This document shows, in pieces, positions 30,701 through 40,700 of a stretch of DNA of 64,000 bases (within the stretch, counting starts at the first letter, position 1; each line of letters starts with the position of its first letter). The stretch lies in the IMG/VR virus record IMGVR_UViG_3300025066_000007. The stretch is one strand, 5' to 3'. The stretch is from a virus (lineage: Duplodnaviria > Caudoviricetes). The translations under genes and the position numbers were made by a program. The notes under the pieces were generated by a model. The model did no database searches. It saw only the letters and a list, made by a program, of their open reading frames with translations, and was not told where the DNA came from.

Positions 30701-33700
30701 GTAAGCCGCGCTTGTTTCTTGACCCTCCATCAATGCTGTCTCCAATCTTCTTATCTAAATCTATTGCAATATCGTTACCTATTTGGCGGGCAACCTGTAT
30801 GTGCTTCTCGCTAGAGTTTGTTAACGCCAATGTAATGCAGTCATCCCCACCAAAGGCAGAGGTTTTTGACAAATTCGGGGCCTTAACTTTAAACTTTAGA
30901 TATATACTTTCTGGAGTAATCTCAAGGATCTTGATACGCCTTCCGCCCAGCTCTATCTTTGTATTTCTGGTAGCCCCCTCTGCTACTATGTAGAATACTT
31001 GTCCTGATTTTAATACGAATTTAGAGAAGGGCTTATCCCCACTTCCTCCGGCTAAATGGTCTGGAACATATTCATCGCCACCATCTCCAATAATCCTAAT
31101 TATCTCTGGAACATTAAATTTAATTGCAGATGTTTGCCCAAAGCGGAAATCCAAAACAAGCTTTGCCTTCGTAGCATCGTCGCTCATGTCGATAAACGAA
31201 GTTGGAATAGATGATTCTTTGTCTATAAAAATATTCTTAATATTAACTCGACTAAAGTCGCTTTCTCTCGGCCCCATAGCAGAAGCGCTTTGCTCTAATC
31301 CTTCGCTTATCTGTCCTGCGAGCCCGGTTAAGCTTGATAGCTTGTCAGTCAACGTCTGGATCAGCGCAAGTCCGTCCTCAAGCAATCCTAGGGCATCGTT
31401 TGCGGCCCCTACGACGGCTCCTGTGGCCTCCGCAGCGCCTGCGGCTCCAGCGGCCAACGTAGAGGCTGCGCTGTCGTCTGCGGATACCTCAGACGTTCCG
31501 GGCACGGCAGCGTCGGCTGCTGTTAACGCAGAATTATATGCTGCTTCTTTCTCTTCGATAGCCTGAATCTTTCCGTCAATCTCCTGAATCTTCTCATCAG
31601 AAAGAAGACCCTCCGGGTCATCCTTACTTGCCTTAAGGGCTTCCTTCTCTGCATTTAAGTCCTTCAGCTGAGCGCTTCCCTGCTCTCTTATCCTTTCTAT
31701 TCCAGCGCTTACATCAGATAGCGACAAGAGAACCTCTGAAGAGCCACTTGTATTTATTTTTACAATCTCTCCAAATGCCTTATCTCTTTCGGGACCTATT
31801 GTTATATCTGAGAGAAGCATTCCGTAAGCTATCTTTTCTTCGCCACCTTCTATCTTAGGCTCTTCTGCTCCAAAGACTAAATCTACACTTGGAAATATCT
31901 TTATTGGATTTGGAAAGTTTAGATAAGAATTTACGTTAGAAGCGTCATCGTTCCCAATGTATGAACCTGTTCTTAAAGGGATTGGAGAAAGATTTAAACT
32001 AGCCGGAAAAATATTTGGAAATGGAACGAATCGATTAGTCCCATCATCTTTTTCAATAATCTTAGGAATAAGCTTATTCGCTTCTTTCGCCAAAATATTA
32101 TCTTCAGAAGAGAAGAGTCTCGACTTAACGATGGATTCGTCTATTATTTCAGAATCTTCCTCTGTATCTTCAAAATCAACAGTAAGCCTCTTTCGAACAA
32201 CGGAATCATAGGTAACATTAAAGCGTCTATCCTTCTTTGTTACAATAATATCAAGAAAGCCTGTATCGCTCACCCCTCTTATGTCTATATAGTTTGCAAT
32301 GAGCTTATTTTTTTCGCCCCTAATAAGGCCAAGTCTTTTGCCTCGTATCTTCTTTACGTTAGCCCCAGATCCTATAGAAACTTTGTAAGATCTGGATATT
32401 CTGGGCTCGTCACTATACCCTTCGAAAAGGACTGATAATCTGGCGATCTTATTGTTTGTTCTTAGTTCGCTTTCATCTTCAAGCTCATCAATATTTATTC
32501 CGCTTATATAATCTCGATACGGCTCAAGAGAAGACCTAGTAACATTTGAAAATGATTTACTATTGCCTATTCCTACGTTTGACAGCTTCATTGCCAAAGC
32601 GTTTACATAGGGAGGGTTTATAAAAGCAGGCTTCTCTCCATTTTTGCCAGTTGAACCAATCGGAATCATAGCAAAATCAGAAGCCCCAAGAGAGATCTTG
32701 TCGTGAATTCGTTTGTTAGAAAGAATAATATAAGCTCTGGGGTATTCTAGAAATTCTAGATCTCCCTCTCCTCGATCCTCTCCAACCAATTCATTAAACC
32801 TGCTTATGTTGAGCTTTGCTCCAGGCCCTGGAAACTTAAGCTTTACCTTATGGTTGTTGATCCTAGAAAAATCATCGGTTCCAAACACATACTCCATTTT
32901 TGTCGGAACAATAAGGGGCGTACTCGATAGGGTTGTCAAAGCCAGAGGAGAGGAGGAGGGGTTATCTGCTGTCCAGCCGATGTCCTCTTTTAAAATGGAG
33001 AGATTATTTCTTTCAGAATCATTTAGTATTCCGATATATCCATATAGAGGCAGACCCTCTCTGAATACAGGTCTGCTGTATTTTAATATAATCTCTGCGC
33101 TTGCCTCTCCGTCCATTAGCAATGGAATTGAGTCTATTTCTTTCCCAAATCGCGGCGCTGTCAGTCCATCTAGAACTTTAAATTCGATCTTGTCCTCAGG
33201 TCTTGCGGGGAGATCTGTAAAGTCAGGAAAAATTGCTATTGGCCCAAGATTATCGCTAGCTGACCCATCTTCCGAAACTACTTGGATATAATAAATCCCA
33301 GTTTTATTTTCAAACAAAGATTCAACTAGCGGTTCAGAAGAAGAGATAATTATGCCTGAACCTTGAGAGCTTATTGCTATATCGCTAACATTTATTTCCT
33401 CAGATGTATTTAGATCAGAAAATATTCTAACAGAAGCATCTGTGACCTCCCTATCAAGGGATAGGGTCATGCTTGTGACATCCGAGCCCAATAGCAAGCC
33501 GCCAGCGAACCCGTCTGGAGTAACGCCCTCTATTATGCTGACCTGAGGAGAAATTGAGATATTCTCCCCAGGCACGCGAACTATCTGCCCATATTCGTCC
33601 ATGGCATAGAGGGCGAACTGATGCGTCACGCTTGGGCTATATCCGCTCAAGCCTCTCTTGCTCAATCCGTCATGATCATAGGGAACGCTTAAATCGATAT

Positions 33701-35324
33701 ATTCGCCTGAAGCCTTAGGCTCAAGGCGGATCCAGTTAGCGGGAACTTGGCTTATATCGGTAAGAATATTTGGACAGACAGACACCATAAGGCTTTTTGC
33801 TGAGCAGATCTTTTGATTAAACCACTTTCTATCATTCTTAATGTAAGTCTCTTTCGAAAAGTCCCTGGAACCCATTAGCATATCAGGCCTATTTAGCTCT
33901 CCTAACAAACTTGTAATATTCGGCACCCCAATTGCATTCAAAGATACAGACAACGGTAATCCAAGAGACTTCTGAGCGTAATAAGAAGAAGGATTTGTAA
34001 TGATAGGTGATCCAGAAGACAGTAGATATGCACTTAGGTCGCTAAAGATGCTCTCTACGCTTGTTCCGTGCTCGCTATCATCAAAGCTAATGATAGGCTT
34101 TAGATCCTTATTTTCTGGGTCGAAATATGGAAGAGATATAACTGGGGCAGTGAACATTTCTACTGCGCCCGAAATCTTTACGAATTCTTTTGGAAGAGAA
34201 GGACTTTGCTTGGGGGAAATGATTGGGGATAGAAAATACTTAAAAGAAGAATCATGTCCATCGGCAAAAATAGAGATAGAAACAGGAGCCTTGTTTAGAG
34301 GGTAGCCTTTTTCTCCGTCTTCTATTTTAATATCAGGAGGAGCGGCATACTCAAACGCTAGCGCCTTATAGTCCTTAGTCTGCTTGTTTGCCAGCTCTAA
34401 GCAAAAGAACAAGGAGTCTTCTTCGTCTTCAACTTCTAAGTTTGTAATGCCAGAGCTATTTCTTCCGGATATATCTGGAGTTTTTATGTATATATCGTTG
34501 TCTATTGCAGTGCAATAACCGACAATATCCTTCGATCTTTTTCCTTCTAGGAATTTTTCTTCAATATGAAAAATAGGGAATAAATCTAACAGAATTTGAG
34601 CAATTTCATCAGGATTAGAGCTTAGCTCCTGACTCTTACTCTGTATTCTTAGTTCCCTAAACGTTTTGCCAGATAATCCAACGTAATTGCTTAGACCATA
34701 ATCTTCATTTTCAAAATCTTCAGGATCAAAAGTGAGAGCCTCTAATATGGTCTTAACTTTATCAAATGGAATAAACTTTAATCCACCAATTTTGGACATA
34801 GAAGAGAGGCGAGACTTTCCACTTTCTGAAATAGAATTATTTACATCAGAAACACCACTATAAGAGCCCCTTAGGCTGCTAAGATAAACAGTTGGGATCT
34901 GATTAGAATTAAGCCCAGTCGTTATGTTGGGCATATTTTGAAGAGCTTTGTTTATTGCAACTCTAGCGGCAGTTAAGACAGAAAGCCTCTGCTCTCCACT
35001 GCCAGCTTTTACTGAGCCAATTCCGGTCGAAGAAATATATTTCTCCAGAGCCTTAACTGGTGCATCATATCTGCTTGACTTCAGCGGACCAAGAGGCTTT
35101 AGCTCGTTTCCGAGCGATAGCTTCATAATGGCTCCACCGATAAGAGGCACTACATCTTCTTCGGAAGAAGCTTTCGGAAATAATACCTCATATTTAGCGC
35201 CTTCCAATCCAGCGCTACTTACAAACTCATCTTCTTCTGAGCAATTTATGCTTATTTTAGAAAAGTCTTCAGACTGAGATATTGGGCCGATTAAATCTAA
35301 TAAAATTTTTGAAGAACTAGCCAT
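27726..35324 (-). CDS. Giant (2532 aa) virion protein with Ig-like beta regions, a coiled-coil/Ala-rich linker and a multi-helix hydrophobic domain
   Basis: ORF between the spike gene and gp25; hydrophobic block LLVPIKVIFCIIDVICALLNPIALVFAIIRLFLCLYDLILLLPQLSVPAMLLALVLHVIELLLCIILKVL at ~30320-30560. Confidence 0.6.
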   Translation of the reverse strand: MASSSKILLDLIGPISQSEDFSKISINCSEEDEFVSSAGLEGAKYEVLFPKASSEEDVVPLIGGAIMKLSLGNELKPLGPLKSSRYDAPVKALEKYISSTGIGSVKAGSGEQRLSVLTAARVAINKALQNMPNITTGLNSNQIPTVYLSSLRGSYSGVSDVNNSISESGKSRLSSMSKIGGLKFIPFDKVKTILEALTFDPEDFENEDYGLSNYVGLSGKTFRELRIQSKSQELSSNPDEIAQILLDLFPIFHIEEKFLEGKRSKDIVGYCTAIDNDIYIKTPDISGRNSSGITNLEVEDEEDSLFFCLELANKQTKDYKALAFEYAAPPDIKIEDGEKGYPLNKAPVSISIFADGHDSSFKYFLSPIISPKQSPSLPKEFVKISGAVEMFTAPVISLPYFDPENKDLKPIISFDDSEHGTSVESIFSDLSAYLLSSGSPIITNPSSYYAQKSLGLPLSVSLNAIGVPNITSLLGELNRPDMLMGSRDFSKETYIKNDRKWFNQKICSAKSLMVSVCPNILTDISQVPANWIRLEPKASGEYIDLSVPYDHDGLSKRGLSGYSPSVTHQFALYAMDEYGQIVRVPGENISISPQVSIIEGVTPDGFAGGLLLGSDVTSMTLSLDREVTDASVRIFSDLNTSEEINVSDIAISSQGSGIIISSSEPLVESLFENKTGIYYIQVVSEDGSASDNLGPIAIFPDFTDLPARPEDKIEFKVLDGLTAPRFGKEIDSIPLLMDGEASAEIILKYSRPVFREGLPLYGYIGILNDSERNNLSILKEDIGWTADNPSSSPLALTTLSSTPLIVPTKMEYVFGTDDFSRINNHKVKLKFPGPGAKLNISRFNELVGEDRGEGDLEFLEYPRAYIILSNKRIHDKISLGASDFAMIPIGSTGKNGEKPAFINPPYVNALAMKLSNVGIGNSKSFSNVTRSSLEPYRDYISGINIDELEDESELRTNNKIARLSVLFEGYSDEPRISRSYKVSIGSGANVKKIRGKRLGLIRGEKNKLIANYIDIRGVSDTGFLDIIVTKKDRRFNVTYDSVVRKRLTVDFEDTEEDSEIIDESIVKSRLFSSEDNILAKEANKLIPKIIEKDDGTNRFVPFPNIFPASLNLSPIPLRTGSYIGNDDASNVNSYLNFPNPIKIFPSVDLVFGAEEPKIEGGEEKIAYGMLLSDITIGPERDKAFGEIVKINTSGSSEVLLSLSDVSAGIERIREQGSAQLKDLNAEKEALKASKDDPEGLLSDEKIQEIDGKIQAIEEKEAAYNSALTAADAAVPGTSEVSADDSAASTLAAGAAGAAEATGAVVGAANDALGLLEDGLALIQTLTDKLSSLTGLAGQISEGLEQSASAMGPRESDFSRVNIKNIFIDKESSIPTSFIDMSDDATKAKLVLDFRFGQTSAIKFNVPEIIRIIGDGGDEYVPDHLAGGSGDKPFSKFVLKSGQVFYIVAEGATRNTKIELGGRRIKILEITPESIYLKFKVKAPNLSKTSAFGGDDCITLALTNSSEKHIQVARQIGNDIAIDLDKKIGDSIDGGSRNKRGLPTDLKEKLSDRPLKFTSVILDKANVPKEFIQSFCDMSFHLTGELALQLRNFKVLLVPIKVIFCIIDVICALLNPIALVFAIIRLFLCLYDLILLLPQLSVPAMLLALVLHVIELLLCIILKVLSTVNAINEISTAIKNAVEQRNYPAIIALEETISEHLASLEADLTVLDPILNILALFLELLSLTFAFPCQIKTDADEEACIDPSQLAGLIMSKVVPAGRIVPDALLPMAQTYTTLPVDDVGSAGNTPPAIFDLGSILSEVSEQGSGVEIVSDNTGFGGRPLPGIRSSLTGDNILIEEGGFFEGDLDGNGEHDNVNYQSLRFNGGDFEGTFGLSFSRSIKEFAIFTGPDPRMVWFEFNESGKTAPHAFIPFFAPFFDKKTIDNLQTLDSPPSFLKPDGNSLKIAGDMDDIGFVSPIDGASDKDATGGFFLERGADLNGARTYQPKPLTVTFELQEPGVNPDTLSAEFTPVEVTKTFGSIPMIALIDDEFNIYFVEAPGTGQGGIIVEDVNGVPAITAIHAKMMNFPTAPKKAFTVEGREIYLSFAELNPDPASTQAASLEALENDHEINAGEILIWQQANYNAIAGSADQPFEFFADGTAVGDYDYVGGSPADIDAITRAANTINVFDFPRLYVVDMRQLSGDIAAACGASGPTELLLDLPGFTEPDKIEDSIGTLTDCLEAFLSFFHSEEEDSEGIPIGIIPKIRNSLELGKIPSQISVQDVVAQYNTLKECYEDEVDNICGFVINPLNTSFKIENDDDETALAEFVNPEQEDLATLAGFDIVDELEFDEELAGFPQITGAMEYASGIGDSATVAVGSKAIVKIIPRDCYDEVLAPALDLTDSIKIDFLKDETGGAELVAATSEDSSVIFEKEGGEYTFAVTAPAAGKVQIRATICSTVVQAVTDRGIVDPRVEAAEVEVDCVDDSTITVAEASEEFAPGALSKVDRILTVLFVPAVSTSGVGYGDEDRENSAKSSKPSPQTFGTKLEN

Positions 35325-35360
35325 TATAATCCTAAGCTTATATTACTTGTAATAATATAT

Positions 35361-37757
35361 TTACTCACCAACAGAATCCAGCAGGCATTTGATTTGGTCC
35401 GGAACTCCCTCAATCGTGGCATCTGGTGTATCCGTAGATACAGGATCCTTATAAGTTTTTCTCGGAGGCCTATTCCCCTCTCTAACTTCAACGCTTTGTC
35501 CCGCAAGAATTAGCTTAGACGTGCTTTCTAGCGCAATATCTCCATCATTTCTAATCACCATAGGGCTTCCGGGATTCATTCCTGCAATAACCAAGCCATT
35601 CTTGCTTATAGATATGATATAATCAGAAGCATTTACGCTATCGACCTCTTCTCCGAGGAACCCTTTATGATTAACATTTACCCTTAATTCGAATCTTCCT
35701 TCATTAAATTGATCGCCATTAGTTCCTCCGATATTAAACAACGTATCACCATCAGTCTGTACGACTAAGCTTCTATTGTTTTTATCTTTGCCAAACCATG
35801 CGATCATACTGCCTGCTGCATCTAATATAATGCTTTTTTGATCGTTATTATCTGACCCCACAGATGCTTCTATCGATCCTTCGAAGTTTAGATTGGCGCT
35901 CTTGCCACCCGGAGCTTTTCTGGCCTCTTTTGACTTGTCGATATTCGTAGAGATTAAATCGCCCTGCTCACTTTTACTTACAGCAAATGAATTAGAATAC
36001 TGAATATTAACTCTGTCTTCATTTTCATTAAACTCCTGTGTGAAATCTTGTCCCGCGACAAGCACGCCTCCTCCGGGGTCTATAGCGGGAGGGCCGGGAT
36101 AAACACTCACTGCCGCCATATAATTAACTTGTGCTGAATCTTCTCCGTCTAATCCAAAAGTTTCCGATGCTCTCTCAAAAGATTTATTGATCGAATTGCC
36201 GGGAATATAGCCTGTGCATTTTGCATTTTGAAATGGAATCAAAACGTTATTTATTGTATTCGCAATAAGCATTTCTGCTGCAGCATATATATTGTGATGT
36301 TTAGTTGGATTTACTCGAATACTCTCTGAGTCTGCAGCAGTCTCAGATCCAAGGCCTTCGAAATAATTGTCATCATTCGAATACCTAATTCCGGTAAAAC
36401 GAGTAGCTCCGCTTTCCTCCTCCTGAATGGCGTCCACTGCAGAACTAGCTGGAAACAACACTCCGCTCTCTGCATCTCGCAATGTAATCGGAATCTTTTC
36501 CTTTTTTCTAAAGCCATATGTGGTTTCAATTTTATCTGTTTTTTCAGAATAAAATTCTGCGAAATTAGGATAAGGAATATTTCCAGTATTTGATGTAGCT
36601 GGAATATTTGCCTTCAAAGCCCCCTCTTTATCAATGGACAAAACGAAGTTGTCTCTGCTATTCGAAGTCTTGCTTGACAAGCTATTCGTAGAAACCTGAA
36701 AGTGATAACCGATGCCTCTTCTGGACTTTAGTCTCCCTTCTTCGTATCCTAAGATGAGATCTGTGCCAGAAGGATGACCCAGGGAATCTCCTATCGATAC
36801 TCTGCCATAATTTGAATCAAGCACCTCTCCTCTTGAATTTACAACGTTTCCTGCAATTACTTCAACAAGCTGATGCGGAGCAAGGTGTAGGGCATTTTCT
36901 TGAGAAATGGCTCTTACTTCTTTTTTTGTTGAAAATTTAGAAGTACTATTAGTCCTTACCAGAGAAGCCTCTTGGTCCCACCCTCTAAAATAGTCTGCCT
37001 CAGATATCTCATTTACAACAAGCCTATACTCAGATAGCGCAGGATTTCTTTTTCCTCCGAACAAGCTTACGGGGGCTGCCTTAAATCCGGGGAAAATACC
37101 TCTTGTAATTCCGTAGTCTAAATTATAAGTTAAAAGATCATTTCCTACATCTGCAACTCCGCTCTTTTGGGTAAAGCCGCTTGGAATTCTAACGACTTCT
37201 CTCGAAGAGATTCTATGTGCAGAACTAACCATCTGGACAGAGTCTGAAACGACAGAAAGGTTTGTTTTAGTGGAATTTGTTTTTTCAATAAAGATTCCAT
37301 TGCTAAGCTCATTCCCCAGGAAGATTCCCGTTCCAGCTCCTCCAGACCCAGAGAGATATAACTCAGAGCCACCGCCTCCAAAGACCTTTACCTCTCCAGA
37401 TTTCATGTTCTTTATGGGATACTCAGACCTTCCGGCGAGAGCATTCTCAGATGGCGTTCCTCCGGCTTCGCTCCCCCTATCTGTTTTGGGGACAATTCTA
37501 ATCGCCTGCACAATGCCTTTCCCGCCAGGGTATACTCTTGTGCATATAACTGTATCCCCAATTTCCGGATGCTGATAAATGCCTGCGTCGCCAACTCCTC
37601 CGTAATAAACTGGAGGAATAACATAAGGATCATCGTTGTCAGTTGGATCTGTACTTATTATAAGGTCACCAGTTACCAAGTCTATATCCTTGATAAGAGC
37701 CTCAAATACCTTAAAGCTTGAAAGCTGACCCTCTACTTCTTCTGGGGAAATCGACAT
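35361..37757 (-). CDS. Baseplate central spike (gp5/gpV/VgrG-like): OB-fold plus beta-helix
   Basis: N-terminal OB-fold pattern (IPPVYYGGVGDAGIYQHPEIGDTVIC), Gly-rich beta repeats (SGEVKVFGGGGSELYLSG), C-terminal GDIALESTSKLILAGQSV; directly follows the hub gene. Confidence 0.72.
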   Translation of the reverse strand: MSISPEEVEGQLSSFKVFEALIKDIDLVTGDLIISTDPTDNDDPYVIPPVYYGGVGDAGIYQHPEIGDTVICTRVYPGGKGIVQAIRIVPKTDRGSEAGGTPSENALAGRSEYPIKNMKSGEVKVFGGGGSELYLSGSGGAGTGIFLGNELSNGIFIEKTNSTKTNLSVVSDSVQMVSSAHRISSREVVRIPSGFTQKSGVADVGNDLLTYNLDYGITRGIFPGFKAAPVSLFGGKRNPALSEYRLVVNEISEADYFRGWDQEASLVRTNSTSKFSTKKEVRAISQENALHLAPHQLVEVIAGNVVNSRGEVLDSNYGRVSIGDSLGHPSGTDLILGYEEGRLKSRRGIGYHFQVSTNSLSSKTSNSRDNFVLSIDKEGALKANIPATSNTGNIPYPNFAEFYSEKTDKIETTYGFRKKEKIPITLRDAESGVLFPASSAVDAIQEEESGATRFTGIRYSNDDNYFEGLGSETAADSESIRVNPTKHHNIYAAAEMLIANTINNVLIPFQNAKCTGYIPGNSINKSFERASETFGLDGEDSAQVNYMAAVSVYPGPPAIDPGGGVLVAGQDFTQEFNENEDRVNIQYSNSFAVSKSEQGDLISTNIDKSKEARKAPGGKSANLNFEGSIEASVGSDNNDQKSIILDAAGSMIAWFGKDKNNRSLVVQTDGDTLFNIGGTNGDQFNEGRFELRVNVNHKGFLGEEVDSVNASDYIISISKNGLVIAGMNPGSPMVIRNDGDIALESTSKLILAGQSVEVREGNRPPRKTYKDPVSTDTPDATIEGVPDQIKCLLDSVGE

Positions 37758-37759
37758 AC

Positions 37760-40700
37760 TTACACGACTTTCCTATCCAACATTCCAGAGGGAATATTTA
37801 TAATCCCGACTTCTACTATGCTGGCCTTGTATTCTTTTGTAAAGCTAAAGGCAGTTACTTCTTCTCGAATGTCAGCCCATCCTCCTTGACTTGGCCCTCC
37901 CTTTGGAAAAATTCCTGTTATCTGCTCTTCAGACAAGCCATCTAATTGTTCATCGTGCTTAATTGCGGCCAAGAGGGTCCTGTCCAAACATTGAATCTGT
38001 CCAACTGAATTTTCGTCTGTCTTCTTAAAGAAGGAGACTTGCTCAATAATCTTCTTTGCAGGTATTTTTGAAACAGGAATGCTATTAGGTAGACGCATAG
38101 GCTTCAGTGATCTCGTTTCCGGAATCAGATCATCTCCTCCAGAAAATGGATTGCTTTGGGCAACTTGAGACGGAGATTCTAGCAGAGACCTTATGGCTGC
38201 CATCTTCTTTTTAGCCTCTTCGATCCCGCTTTCATCATCTTCGTTAAGAGCAAACCCTCTAATCAGAACGTATCTGTCTCCAGACAAGCCGCCCATTAAA
38301 TCCAGCATCATATTTGTAAATCTTATTTGGTTATCATTAAATGCCAATAATTTGGCGGGCTTTACAGCGCTAGACGGAAAGACTATCGCAGAGTCTGGGC
38401 TCAATGGACGATAATTATCATCAGTCTCACTCGATCTGTATATCAAGGATGGATCCTCAATGAAATTAGAGACCATTTGTTGACCAATAATATCCAATGG
38501 GCCAGGAATATAGTCTCCAGCCGGATGGCCGTATTCTAAGTCTAGCTTTGTCGTATAAGAGCTTCCAAAGCTGAAAGTATGAGAGACACTCTTTACGTAA
38601 TAGAGAAGCCCTTTGCTTGGAATGAAGACGGTATCTCCGGGCTGATAGAACTCATTTCCAGAAATAGTAACAGACCCCATATTTACGGCAAACTTTTGCA
38701 TTCCAAGCTTTAATATCGCATAGGGTTTTGCCTGTCCTTCTGTATCGCTTATAAAAGGAATAGATTGTTTGGCAGGTTTATATCCATACTGTCTCCATAA
38801 ATCGAAGTCTGTAGCTCCAGCCCAAAAGTATAGCCCTTCAAAGCCTCTGTTTAATCCGTCTCCAATAAGTGGAGCATTACCACTTATATCAAGCCTAGTA
38901 AACTCAGGAGGGTTTTCGGAAAAAGTTGAACTTATTATAAACTCATCTTTTAGAATGAATCTTTTTCCGGAGCCATATCCTAAAAGATTTCTGGTGTCAT
39001 CTTCAATCAAGTGATCATATACAGCGCCCTCAGACATTTTCCCGGTTAAAATATCCGATCCAGTCTGGAGTGCATTTGCGCTTTTTTCCAGAAAATCTAC
39101 AACCTTATCGTTAATATCCAGCTCTATGTCAGAGCCTTCTCCAGTTTGCAGGAATGTTTCTATTTCGCTCAATTCTTTTTGCTTGACTAAGTTTGCCTGA
39201 AGCATAGAAACAAATGAGTCCCTGTTGGAGATGGCCTGCTTCAGCTTTCCTAGCAAATCCTCTTCAGAAAAGAATGGATCGCCCTCCTCAGAGGTGACAT
39301 TTGTAAAATAAGAGAAGTGCTTATCATCGAAAGAATCTCCTGAGCCGATAAGGCCTGAGGCTGGATCTCTTCCGAATTGTTTTTTAAATGAATTTCTAAT
39401 ATTATTTAAATCAGATGCCGAAAAATGAACAGCCGGATATCCAGAATTGCCCCCAACTTGAGTTTGGGAGTCATTTACCAAACTCATCTGCTCCTGAACG
39501 ATGGGATCAAATGTTCCCAGGAGCTTGTCCGTATTTCCTCCTAAGACATCGCCCTTCTGCTGAAAGCTGGCAGATAAGTCCAGGCCATTATCCCCGGGCC
39601 TTCTAGTGCTAATTGGATGATTTGTCTTAAAGAGAGAAAGATTCTTTACGTCAGATGATCCTCCTTTGAATTCGTTTGGCCCTGGCTCGTTGTAATAGGA
39701 GCTATTATCTTTATGTATATGAACCCCAAAGAAAGGAAGAGAGGAAGCGCCTCCAAAGCTCATGTTTGGAATCAGATTTCTATCTGGATACTTCCCTAGC
39801 AAAAGGGCAATTAAAGCAATCTTTATGTTTAGAGCATGAACCTGAAGATAGATTCCCTCGATTCTTGTTTGAAATAGATCAGTTACAAATCGAGGAATAA
39901 TATTCTTATTCTCATTAGTTTGTCTTCTTATAGCCTCCCTTAGAATGCTGAGAGGCACTCTGTTCCAGAGCGGAGGCCTAAATTCCAAATGTCCCTGAGA
40001 ATTGCAAAAGAATTCTAAGTCTAAATAATTAGACGCCTCATTACATAGCTGCCAAGAATCTTTGAAGAGACCATCAAACAGCTTCCATCCACTACGATTT
40101 AGACTTAAGATGAATGGACGGATGTCTGCAGAGTCATACTGATCAGAGACCATAAAGAGATTCCTGTCTCTATTTAGCCTTACATCTTCGATCTTCCTTT
40201 GAGCTCCCACTAACATCATGGCTCTAGTTACATCGTTATTCTCTTCTTGATCTCCTGATATCGGCAAGTTTGCGGCACCAGATAGGCTTATCTGGATGCC
40301 GATTTGCTCCTCAGAAGTTAGAGCGTTTGTAGATGTCGTGCCAATCTTAATCTGTTCTCTAATGGCTTCATCTATTGCCTGTATTTCCGAAGAAAGAGTG
40401 GACGCAAAGATCCCGCCCTGGAGGGTCGGCCCAGAGCTTTTTTCTATATCTGAAATCTTTCTTCTAAGAAGCTTCTTTCTGGCTTGCAAGCTTTTTATGT
40501 TATTGTTTGCTACATCTCTGCGGCTAGCATTATTTAGCATTTGTTCTGTTGAAGCAGAGTTCATAGTCAGCATTCTGTAAGGCTGAAAATTGCCATAATA
40601 GTTATTTTGCTTTCTAACCGTATCCAAAACACCTGTTAGCGGGTCTAACGGATTGAGCCTTGTGGACTTATCTAGCTTATTATGAGCAGCCAACGCCTGC

